Assembly: GCA_023261135.1 (NCBI GenBank)
Contig: JALRJP010000002.1
Location: 1-52,600, forward strand
Origin: Burkholderiaceae bacterium
GTDB lineage: Bacteria; Pseudomonadota; Gammaproteobacteria; Burkholderiales; Burkholderiaceae_A
DNA: 52,600 nt
Reading direction: 5' to 3'
The first letter of the stretch is position 1. Every line of letters begins with the position of its first letter. The notes beneath the pieces were generated by a model. The model was not told the origin of the DNA and made no database searches. It saw nothing but the letters and a program-made list of their open reading frames with translations. The position numbers were made by a program, and so were the translations under genes. Shown here piece after piece: positions 45,382 through 52,600 of the stretch.

Positions 45382-46083
45382 ATGCGTATCTTGCACCATG
45401 GTTCCCCAAGGTTCTCGGCGCCGGTTGCCTTAACTTTGTTGGTGCTTGGCCTAACGGCCCCTCTGGGTTCGTATTTACCCGTTCAACTCATAAGCACGGC
45501 AACTGCGGCCGAGCGGCTTGACGCCAGGGGTCTTGAAAAGGCCCTGCAGGTGTCGGGCACAGTCGTCCTTATTCGTCACTCCGCCACCTTCTCTGGCATT
45601 GGCGACCCCGAGAATTTTCGACTCGAGGACTGCAGCACGCAGCGCAACCTTTCGCCCGAGGGGCGGGCTCAGGCGCGGGTCTTTGGTCAGTGGTTTCGCG
45701 ACCGAGGATTAAGCCCTGCTGCTCTGCGTTCGAGCCAGTGGTGCCGATGCCTTGATACAGCAACGGAGGCCTTTGGTGGGCAAGCTAAGACCCAGGCCTG
45801 GTCGGCTTTGAACTCTTTCTTTCAGGGGCATGGTCATTGGCCCAGTCAGCGCGATGCCATTGTTAAAGCCGTGCTCGATCCGGCGACCTCTGGAGTGGCA
45901 AACCGCGGGTTTGAAGTCTGGGTGACCCACCAGGTTCTTATTTCATCGCTGACGGGGGTTTACTTGGGCATGGGCGAGCTTGTGGTTGCTCGACCGCTAC
46001 GATCAAGCCAGACAAACGGTGCCGCAGGCCCATTGCAGTGGCAGGTGGTGGGCAGGGCTTTTGTCGATAAGGACTTCAGGTAA
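45382..46083 (+). CDS. Exported histidine phosphatase superfamily protein
   Basis: LIRHS (RHG-like), DCSTQRNLS.EGRAQA, SSQWCRCLDTA, VTHQV; hydrophobic signal-like N-terminus; start placed at ATG 45382 (ORF track 45205 overlaps the OsmC gene). Confidence 0.82.
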   Translation: MRILHHGSPRFSAPVALTLLVLGLTAPLGSYLPVQLISTATAAERLDARGLEKALQVSGTVVLIRHSATFSGIGDPENFRLEDCSTQRNLSPEGRAQARVFGQWFRDRGLSPAALRSSQWCRCLDTATEAFGGQAKTQAWSALNSFFQGHGHWPSQRDAIVKAVLDPATSGVANRGFEVWVTHQVLISSLTGVYLGMGELVVARPLRSSQTNGAAGPLQWQVVGRAFVDKDFR

Positions 46084-46110
46084 GGGTATCGGCCAAAACG
46101 TTTTTAATCG

Positions 46111-49077
46111 CTAAGATTGGCTTTCGGGTTGGCGCTGTAAAAGAATGGTCTGCAGAAATGTCCCCGTGTAACTGCCGGTCTGCTTGGCGGTTTGGGCCAA
46201 GACCTCTGGACTGCCTTGGGCAACAATTTGGCCGCCCTCCAGGCCGCCTTCAGGACCAATATCGATGAGCCAGTCGCAGACCTTAATGACGTCAAGGTTA
46301 TGCTCAATGACCAACACCGTATTACCTGCCTCGGTCAGCCTGTTCAGAAGATTTAAAAGTACAGCCGTGTCGTGAAAGTGCAGGCCAGTGGTTGGCTCGT
46401 CGAGTACATAAAGCGTTTTCCCCGTGCCGCGCTTGGAGAGTTCACAGGCTAATTTAACCCGTTGTGCCTCACCTCCAGAGAGCGTTGTAGCGCTCTGGCC
46501 CAGTTTGATATAACCAAGCCCCACTTCATTTAAGGTGTCAAGCCTGCGAGCGACATGAGGCACCGCCGAGAAGAAGCCGCAGGCCTCTTCAATGGTTAGA
46601 TCGAGAACCTCTGCAATGGTCTTGCCCCGATAACGAACATCCAGGGTTTCGCGGTTGTAACGCAGGCCCTTACAAATATCGCAGGCAACATAAAGGTCGG
46701 GAAGAAAATGCATTTCGACCTTGATAAGGCCATCGCCTTGGCAGGCCTCGCAACGTCCCCCCTTGGTGTTAAACGAAAAACGCCCCGCGTCGTAGCCGCG
46801 CTCACGCGCCATGATGGTCTCTGCAAAGAGTTCACGAATGGGGGTGAGCAGACCCGTGTAGGTGGCGGGGTTGCTGCGTGGTGTGCGCCCAATGGGGCTC
46901 TGGTCCACGTTGATCAGCCTATCGATATGCTCAAGGCCTTCGAGCCGATCAAAAGGCTCGGGCTCCACCTGGCGTCCATTAAGACGCTGAGCCACGGCAG
47001 CAACCAGGGTGTCATTAATGAGCGTGGACTTGCCGCTGCCCGAGACTCCGGTAATGCCTACCATTAGACCCAGAGGAATTCGAAGCGCAAGGTTCTTTAG
47101 ATTGTTTCCTCGGGCGCCATGCAGCTCAAGCCAGCGGTCGCTGGGCTCGCGTCGTTTGATTGGAACGTCTATGCATTTGCGTCCCGCCAGATAGTCTCCC
47201 GTAAGCGATCGTGGCACGTGCATCACCTCTTCGGGGCGTCCCGCTGCAACCACTTCCCCGCCGTGAACACCTGCTCCCGGACCCAGGTCCACCAGGTAGT
47301 CGGCCTGCCGTATGGCCTGCTCGTCGTGCTCAACCACAATGAGTGAGTTGCCCAGGTCGCGAAGCCGGTAGAGGCTTTCCATGAGTCGCTGGCTGTCCCT
47401 TGGATGAAGGCCAATGGACGGCTCATCGAGCACATAAAGCACGCCGCTTAATCCCGCCCCAATCTGGCTGGCGAGTCGAATGCGTTGGGCCTCGCCGCCT
47501 GATAGCGTCATGGCCGAGCGGCCTAACTGCAGATAGCCTAGGCCGACATCAATAAGAAACCTCAGGCGTGAATGAATCTCCGTGAGAAGACCTTGGGCCA
47601 CGGTTTTTCGAAAGCCTTCAAGCCGAAGTAAGCCTAGTTTTTCAATGAGCTGGCTTAGGCTTAGCTCAACCAGTTCGGGAAGGCTTATGTCCTGACCCGC
47701 CTCGCCAAGACGAACCGAGCGGGCCTCGGCCTTCAGGCGGCTGCCTTGGCACTGGCCGCAGACGCGCTGCCTGCGCAGCCTTCCAAGCTCCTCACGTACG
47801 GCGTTGGAATCGGTCTGACGCCAGCGCCGCTCAAGGTTGGGCAGAATGCCTTCAAAAGGTCGATTCTCAACAACCAGTTCACCCTTGCTATTCGGAATTC
47901 GTAGCTTGAGTGACTTCGAACCCGAGCCATGTAAAAGCACTTGTTGAATTTCAGGGGCTAGCTGGGAAAAAGGTTCCTGAGGGTCGAACTCCAGCGCTTC
48001 GGCAAGGGCCTCAACGGTAGCCCAGGCAAATTTATTTCGCGGATCCCAGCCCTGCACAGCTCCTGCAGCGAGCGAGAGTTCGGGCATTGGAATAATGGCC
48101 TCGACATCAAAAAGTGTTTCCACTCCCAGGCCGTCGCAGGCGGGGCATGCCCCATTGGGCGAGTTAAAAGAAAACAGATTGGGCTCAAGTTCTTTGATTG
48201 CAAAACCACAGTCGGGGCAGGCAAAGCGCATGGACAAGACATGCTCGCCTGACCATAAACGTCCACTGCCCGGTGATGTATTAGGCGCCTGTTTTTTGTC
48301 TTTGCCAGGCGCATCGCCGTCTGGTTGAACCAGGGCAATGGCCCTGTCTTGACCCAGACGCAGAGCCATTTCCAGCGATTCCGCGAGGCGTTGCTGGGCA
48401 TCGGGACGAATACGAAGCCTATCAATGACCAGGTCAATGCTGTGATGCTTTTGAGGGTCCAGGCTCGGGCATTGATCGAGTTCAATGTCACGAAAGTCTG
48501 CTGACTCGGTTTGAAGGCGGGCCCTCACAAACCCCTGCGCCCGAAGGCCATCGATAAGCTGACGATGCTCGCCTTTTCGATGCGTGAGCACTGGAGCAAG
48601 CAGGGTAAGCCGGCTTCCCTCTTCAAGGCCAAGAAGATCGTCCACCATTTCCGAGATCGTCTGGCTGGTTAATCTATTTTGAGGATGGCTTGGGCAGTGA
48701 GGTGTACCTGCTCGCGCAAAAAGCAAACGCAGGTAGTCTGCAATTTCAGTAATGGTTCCTACGGTGGACCGAGGGTTGTGGCTTGTGGATTTCTGCTCAA
48801 TGGCAATTGCGGGGGAGAGCCCGTCCATTTGATCGACATCGGGCTTCTCCATGCGTGAAAGGAACTGACGTGCATAGGCCGAGAGTGACTCCACATAACG
48901 CCTCTGCCCCTCGGCATACAGAGTGTCAAAGGCCAGCGATGACTTGCCTGAACCTGACAGGCCTGTAACCACCACCAGCTGGCCCTTCGGTATGCGCAGG
49001 CTGATGTTTTTCAGGTTGTGAGTGCGGGCCCCGGTGATGGTGATGAAGTCTTGGGCCTGGGACTGAGGTTCGAGCAT
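46111..49077 (-). CDS. uvrA: Excinuclease ABC subunit A
   Basis: [36 protein letters not shown], two ABC ATPase cassettes with LSGGEAQR, zinc-binding CxxC pairs. Confidence 0.99.
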   Translation of the reverse strand: MLEPQSQAQDFITITGARTHNLKNISLRIPKGQLVVVTGLSGSGKSSLAFDTLYAEGQRRYVESLSAYARQFLSRMEKPDVDQMDGLSPAIAIEQKSTSHNPRSTVGTITEIADYLRLLFARAGTPHCPSHPQNRLTSQTISEMVDDLLGLEEGSRLTLLAPVLTHRKGEHRQLIDGLRAQGFVRARLQTESADFRDIELDQCPSLDPQKHHSIDLVIDRLRIRPDAQQRLAESLEMALRLGQDRAIALVQPDGDAPGKDKKQAPNTSPGSGRLWSGEHVLSMRFACPDCGFAIKELEPNLFSFNSPNGACPACDGLGVETLFDVEAIIPMPELSLAAGAVQGWDPRNKFAWATVEALAEALEFDPQEPFSQLAPEIQQVLLHGSGSKSLKLRIPNSKGELVVENRPFEGILPNLERRWRQTDSNAVREELGRLRRQRVCGQCQGSRLKAEARSVRLGEAGQDISLPELVELSLSQLIEKLGLLRLEGFRKTVAQGLLTEIHSRLRFLIDVGLGYLQLGRSAMTLSGGEAQRIRLASQIGAGLSGVLYVLDEPSIGLHPRDSQRLMESLYRLRDLGNSLIVVEHDEQAIRQADYLVDLGPGAGVHGGEVVAAGRPEEVMHVPRSLTGDYLAGRKCIDVPIKRREPSDRWLELHGARGNNLKNLALRIPLGLMVGITGVSGSGKSTLINDTLVAAVAQRLNGRQVEPEPFDRLEGLEHIDRLINVDQSPIGRTPRSNPATYTGLLTPIRELFAETIMARERGYDAGRFSFNTKGGRCEACQGDGLIKVEMHFLPDLYVACDICKGLRYNRETLDVRYRGKTIAEVLDLTIEEACGFFSAVPHVARRLDTLNEVGLGYIKLGQSATTLSGGEAQRVKLACELSKRGTGKTLYVLDEPTTGLHFHDTAVLLNLLNRLTEAGNTVLVIEHNLDVIKVCDWLIDIGPEGGLEGGQIVAQGSPEVLAQTAKQTGSYTGTFLQTILLQRQPESQS

Positions 49078-49127
49078 TGCGGTCGGTCAATCTTCCTGAA
49101 AAGGCAAATCCTCTACTATAGCGAGCG

Positions 49128-50372
49128 ATGTCTGACAAAGTCGTTTTCAGCCCATTCGAGCGGCGAGCCAGCCTGGCCCTATCTGCTGTTTATGGGCTTC
49201 GCATGCTGGGTCTTTTTCTCGTGCTACCGGTCCTTGCGCTCGGTGTGGCAGACATGCCGGGTGGCCAAGAACCTGCGGCCATTGGCCTGGCCATGGGCAT
49301 TTATGGGCTCACCCAGGCCTTTTTCCAGATTCCCTTTGGACTTGCCTCTGACCGTCTGGGGCGCAAGCCGGTGATTGCCTTCGGCTTATTGATTTTTGCC
49401 GCAGGTAGCTTCATTGCGGCCTGGGCTGACACGGTGAGCCTGCTCATCCTCGGCCGTGCCTTGCAAGGTGCAGGCGCTGTCTCGGCAGCCGTCAGCGCCT
49501 TTTTGGCCGACCTTACGCGCGAAGAGGTGCGTGCCCGCGCTATGGCCATGGTGGGCGTCTCGATTGGCCTTTCTTTTGTGGTGTCTCTTGTCCTTGCACC
49601 GCCGCTTTACGGCGCCTACGGGCTTGAAGGGCTCTTTTTACTAACGGGTGGGCTTGCTGTGTTAGCCGCCCTTGGGGTTTTACGCATGCGTGCCCGTCCG
49701 CCGGTCGATACCGCTGCTGGCGATGTCAATCTCACCCGTCTAACCCCCGAAGCAATAAAGGCCTGGCCCTTACTGAGCCATTCGCAGCTCTGGCGACTTA
49801 ACCTCGGTATTTTTAGTCTCATGGCTGTGCAGACTGCTATGTTTGTCGCTATTCCTATGGGTTTTGCAGACCTTGGCCTGCCTTTGCAAGACCATTGGAA
49901 GGCTTATTTGCCCTTGCTTCTCATTGCCTTCCTGGGCATTGTTCCCCCGATTTTTTGGGCGGAAAAAAAAGGCCGTTTCCGCCCCGTCTTTTTGGCGGCC
50001 GTTGCGCTTCTTGCGTTGACGATGCTCGGCTTTTTAGCCGCAGAAGGTCAGGGGTTCGTGGTTTGGTTAGTCTGCGTGGCGCTGTTTTTTACGGGCTTTA
50101 ACCTGCTTGAGGCACTCTTGCCCTCCTGGGTTTCTCGGGTGGCCCCGGTGGGTCAGCGCGGCCTTGCTCTTGGCATTTACAACACCAGTCAGTCTCTTGG
50201 GCTCTTTACGGGAGGCCTGGTTGGCGGCCTTATGCTTGCTGCCCATGGCAGGGCGGGCATTTTTTGGGCCTGCGCGCTTTTGCTGGTTTTTTGGGGCATG
50301 ATGGCTCTCGGGCTTAAGGAGCTTGGTCGTCGTCGTTTGTCGACCCAACCCTCCCCCTCCATTGGCGAGTAG
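49128..50372 (+). CDS. MFS transporter (YajR-like)
   Basis: LRMLGLFLVLPV, GIYGLTQA, SDRLGRKP MFS motif, GRALQGAGA; canonical uvrA-MFS-ssb position. Confidence 0.93.
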   Translation: MSDKVVFSPFERRASLALSAVYGLRMLGLFLVLPVLALGVADMPGGQEPAAIGLAMGIYGLTQAFFQIPFGLASDRLGRKPVIAFGLLIFAAGSFIAAWADTVSLLILGRALQGAGAVSAAVSAFLADLTREEVRARAMAMVGVSIGLSFVVSLVLAPPLYGAYGLEGLFLLTGGLAVLAALGVLRMRARPPVDTAAGDVNLTRLTPEAIKAWPLLSHSQLWRLNLGIFSLMAVQTAMFVAIPMGFADLGLPLQDHWKAYLPLLLIAFLGIVPPIFWAEKKGRFRPVFLAAVALLALTMLGFLAAEGQGFVVWLVCVALFFTGFNLLEALLPSWVSRVAPVGQRGLALGIYNTSQSLGLFTGGLVGGLMLAAHGRAGIFWACALLLVFWGMMALGLKELGRRRLSTQPSPSIGE

Positions 50373-50435
50373 TCGCCCTTAGATCTGTTCGTTAGCGTGA
50401 CAGCCCCTTTCGCCTACTGATTAAAGGAGGTTTTT

Positions 50436-50906
50436 ATGGCGTCGGTAAACAAAGTCATTCTTCTAGGTAATCTTGGTCGTGACCCCGAGGTCCGTTATTC
50501 GGCCGACGGTGCCGCAATTGCGAATGTCTCCATCGCAACGACATCCCGTTACAAAGACAAGTCGGGCGAGATGAAGGAAGACACCGAGTGGCATCGTGTG
50601 GTCTTCTTCGGGCGACTTGCCGAGGTCGTTAATGAGTACCTTAAAAAGGGCCGACCTGTGTACGTTGAAGGGCGATTGCGGACCCGCAAATGGCAAGACC
50701 AGGGTGGCCAAGACCGCTACACAACAGAAATCGTGGCCGATCAGATGCAGCTTCTTGGTGGTCGCGATGGCGCGCCAGCGGGCATGCCTCCCGATGAAGA
50801 GGGGGGATCCTCGGGCCCCTCCACATCAGCCGCCGAAGGGTCGCGCAAGTCGGGGGCAGGAGCCAAGACGGGCTTTGACGACCTTGACGACGACATTCCT
50901 TTTTAG
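50436..50906 (+). CDS. ssb: Single-stranded DNA-binding protein
   Basis: [38 protein letters not shown]-terminal DDDIPF; AAGGAGG RBS. Confidence 0.99.
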   Translation: MASVNKVILLGNLGRDPEVRYSADGAAIANVSIATTSRYKDKSGEMKEDTEWHRVVFFGRLAEVVNEYLKKGRPVYVEGRLRTRKWQDQGGQDRYTTEIVADQMQLLGGRDGAPAGMPPDEEGGSSGPSTSAAEGSRKSGAGAKTGFDDLDDDIPF

Positions 50907-50930
50907 TTCGTTTCAAGCGCTGCGATGGCC

Positions 50931-50971
50931 AAAAACCCGGGGCGAAGTCCGTCTTTCCTCCGGGTTTTTTT
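50931..50971 (+). terminator. Intrinsic terminator after ssb (possibly bidirectional)
   Basis: AAAAACCCGGGG...CTCCGGGTTTTTTT hairpin with an A tract before and a T tract after. Confidence 0.75.
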
Positions 50972-51113
50972 CTTATTCGAGAGAACTCCTGCTCTGAGCC
51001 CACTCTCTCGCTAGAATACTGAGTTCTTTCTTATTTGAATGCGTTTCTCTCGACCCTTGGCCGGTTGGGGGGCTCCGCAGGTTTACACGTACTTCTTCAG
51101 GAGATCTCAGTTC

Positions 51114-51524
51114 ATGCCTATTTATGCCTACGCCTGCTCAGCCTGTGGCTTTCGGCAGGATATTCTTCAGAAACTGTCTGACCCCGCCCTGACGGAGTGC
51201 CCGAGCTGCCATCAGGCCCACTTTTCTAAGCAGTTGACTGCGCCGGGCTTTGTGTTGAAAGGCTCGGGCTGGTACGTCACTGATTTTCGAGACAACGGCA
51301 CAAAGAAGTCGGGCGACTCGGCTGCAAAGACGGTAGAGCCCGCGGGAAAGACAGCCGAGCCAAGCGGAGCAGGGGACTCAGGCGCAAACAACACGTCCAA
51401 TGCCAATGGCGCATCGGGTGTGGCCAGCGCGGGCAACAATCCTGCCAGCGGCTCGACCAGCAGTGCAACGCCATCTGCAGCAGGTGCTTCAGCCTCCAGC
51501 AGCCCTGCGGCCGCAGGTTCTTAA
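51114..51524 (+). CDS. FmdB-family zinc-ribbon protein
   Basis: MPIYAYACSACG...CPSC...FVLKGSGWYVTDF; CAGGAG RBS; low-complexity Ser/Ala/Gly tail. Confidence 0.93.
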   Translation: MPIYAYACSACGFRQDILQKLSDPALTECPSCHQAHFSKQLTAPGFVLKGSGWYVTDFRDNGTKKSGDSAAKTVEPAGKTAEPSGAGDSGANNTSNANGASGVASAGNNPASGSTSSATPSAAGASASSSPAAAGS

Positions 51525-51581
51525 TCGCCCAGCTTCACTGGACGCCTTGACGCCCATGCCTCTTTTTTCGCAGCAGCCCCT

Positions 51582-52202
51582 ATGTTGAAACGGTTTTTCA
51601 TTGCGGGCCTTTTAATCTGGGTTCCTTTGGGTATTACCTATTGGGTCATCAGCACCATTGTGAAGACCCTTGACAACATCATTCCTCCGCATATGACGCC
51701 TCAGGCCCTCTTTGGGTTTGAAATCCCAGGCTTTGGTCTTTTAGCGGTGGTATTGGTTGTGTTCGTAACCGGCGCCTTCGCGGCGAATCTTCTTGGCCGT
51801 CGCCTGGTCGATATGTGGGAGGGCCTGCTGACCCGCATCCCCTTGGTTCGATCCATCTATTCTTCGGTCAAGCAGGTCAGCGACACCATTCTTGCCCCTA
51901 ACGGCCAGGCCTTTCGCCAGGCGGTTTTGGTTCAGTATCCTCGACAAGGAATCTGGACCGTCGCCTTCGTAACGGGTAAGCCAAGTCATGAGATCGAAGA
52001 CAATTTGCCTGCTGACTGCGTCAGTATTTACGTGCCTACGACGCCCAATCCGACCTCGGGCTTTTTCCTCATGTTGCCGCGCTCCGAAGTCATCCCCTTG
52101 TCGATTGGCGTTGACGCAGCTCTGAAGTACGTGGTCTCCATGGGCACCGTCCCGCCAGCCGCCCAGCCCAAGTCCAATGCCATTAAGCAAACCGTTTCTT
52201 GA
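51582..52202 (+). CDS. DUF502 domain membrane protein
   Basis: FIAGLLIWVPL, RIPLVRSIYSSVKQ, YVPTTPNPTSGF; canonical FmdB-DUF502-aspS position. Confidence 0.93.
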   Translation: MLKRFFIAGLLIWVPLGITYWVISTIVKTLDNIIPPHMTPQALFGFEIPGFGLLAVVLVVFVTGAFAANLLGRRLVDMWEGLLTRIPLVRSIYSSVKQVSDTILAPNGQAFRQAVLVQYPRQGIWTVAFVTGKPSHEIEDNLPADCVSIYVPTTPNPTSGFFLMLPRSEVIPLSIGVDAALKYVVSMGTVPPAAQPKSNAIKQTVS

Positions 52203-52219
52203 TCTGAAGGATATTTTTT

Positions 52220-52600
52220 ATGCGAAGTCATTACTGCGGAGAGCTCTCCGCACGCCAGCTTGATCAGACAGTAACGCTCTGTGGCTGGGTGCATCGGCGA
52301 CGAGACCACGGCGGTGTGATCTTTATCGATTTGCGCGATCGCGAGGGTCTCGCGCAAATTGTCTGCGACCCCGACCGCGAGTCCATGTTTAAGCTGGCAG
52401 AGACCATTCGCAACGAGTTTTGTCTAAGGGTCACGGGCCGGGTTCGGCGCCGCCCTGAGGGAACGGCAAACACCAATATCGCCAGTGGTGAGGTGGAAAT
52501 TCTCTGCCTTGAGCTTGAACTGTTGAACCCCTCGGTCACACCGCCCTTCCAGCTGGACGACGAGCATCTTTCAGAGACCACGCGTTTAACTCATCGCGTG
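52220..52600 (+). CDS. aspS: Aspartate--tRNA ligase (N-terminal part; runs off window end)
   Basis: Hand translation from ATG 52220: MRSHYCGEL...[24 protein letters not shown]...IRNEFCL. His in RRDHGG suggests the non-discriminating type. Confidence 0.96.
   Translation, partial: MRSHYCGELSARQLDQTVTLCGWVHRRRDHGGVIFIDLRDREGLAQIVCDPDRESMFKLAETIRNEFCLRVTGRVRRRPEGTANTNIASGEVEILCLELELLNPSVTPPFQLDDEHLSETTRLTHRV

Noticed and set aside
50385-50403. Possible LexA (SOS) box CTGT...ACAG upstream of ssb; also searched the uvrA/MFS gap
   Set aside because: The spacer is 11 nt instead of the required 8 (CTGT-N8-ACAG); no match in 49078-49127.
51018-51113. Structured leader or riboswitch upstream of the FmdB gene
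   Set aside because: Only a weak G-U-rich hairpin can be drawn, and I recognised no aptamer consensus.

Overview
A densely packed core-chromosome segment, almost certainly from a betaproteobacterium of the Burkholderiales. That placement is inferred from HprK inside the rpoN/PTS-Ntr cluster, system II cytochrome c biogenesis, and the ispE-lolB-TPR/mutM and FmdB-DUF502-aspS gene orders. Gene order: ychF(partial)-pth-rplY-prs-tRNA-Gln-ispE-lolB-TPR | mutM-mutY | rapZ-hprK-ptsN-hpf-rpoN-lptBAC-kdsC-kdsD | mlaFEDACB-ABC ATPase-bolA-murA-hisG-hisD | hemB-engB | cyt c4-resB-ccsB-msrPQ | lysA-lptM | cyaY | mrcA | aroK(frameshifted)-aroB-Y1 transposase-like gene-gltB-gltD | OsmC | histidine phosphatase | uvrA | MFS-ssb-FmdB-DUF502-aspS(partial). 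I found no prophage, CRISPR array, defence island or intact IS. The most interesting signals are: (1) an intact IS200/RAYT-like (Y1) gene between aroB and gltB that has lost both its HUH motif and its catalytic Tyr but ends in an AT-hook and is followed by TG(T/A)CCC repeats and an AT-rich palindrome, suggesting a domesticated nucleic-acid-binding protein; (2) an anti-hemB-like double-hairpin sRNA with an anti-Shine-Dalgarno loop, lying antisense inside the engB 3' end; (3) a 1-nt frameshift in aroK; (4) streamlining and rearrangement signs (no pilMNOPQ, an ABC ATPase with no permease, a his operon ending at hisD, a shortened TPR protein); (5) candidate cis-elements upstream of rplY and ptsN. 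All calls come from reading motifs and from remembered synteny; no database searches were run.
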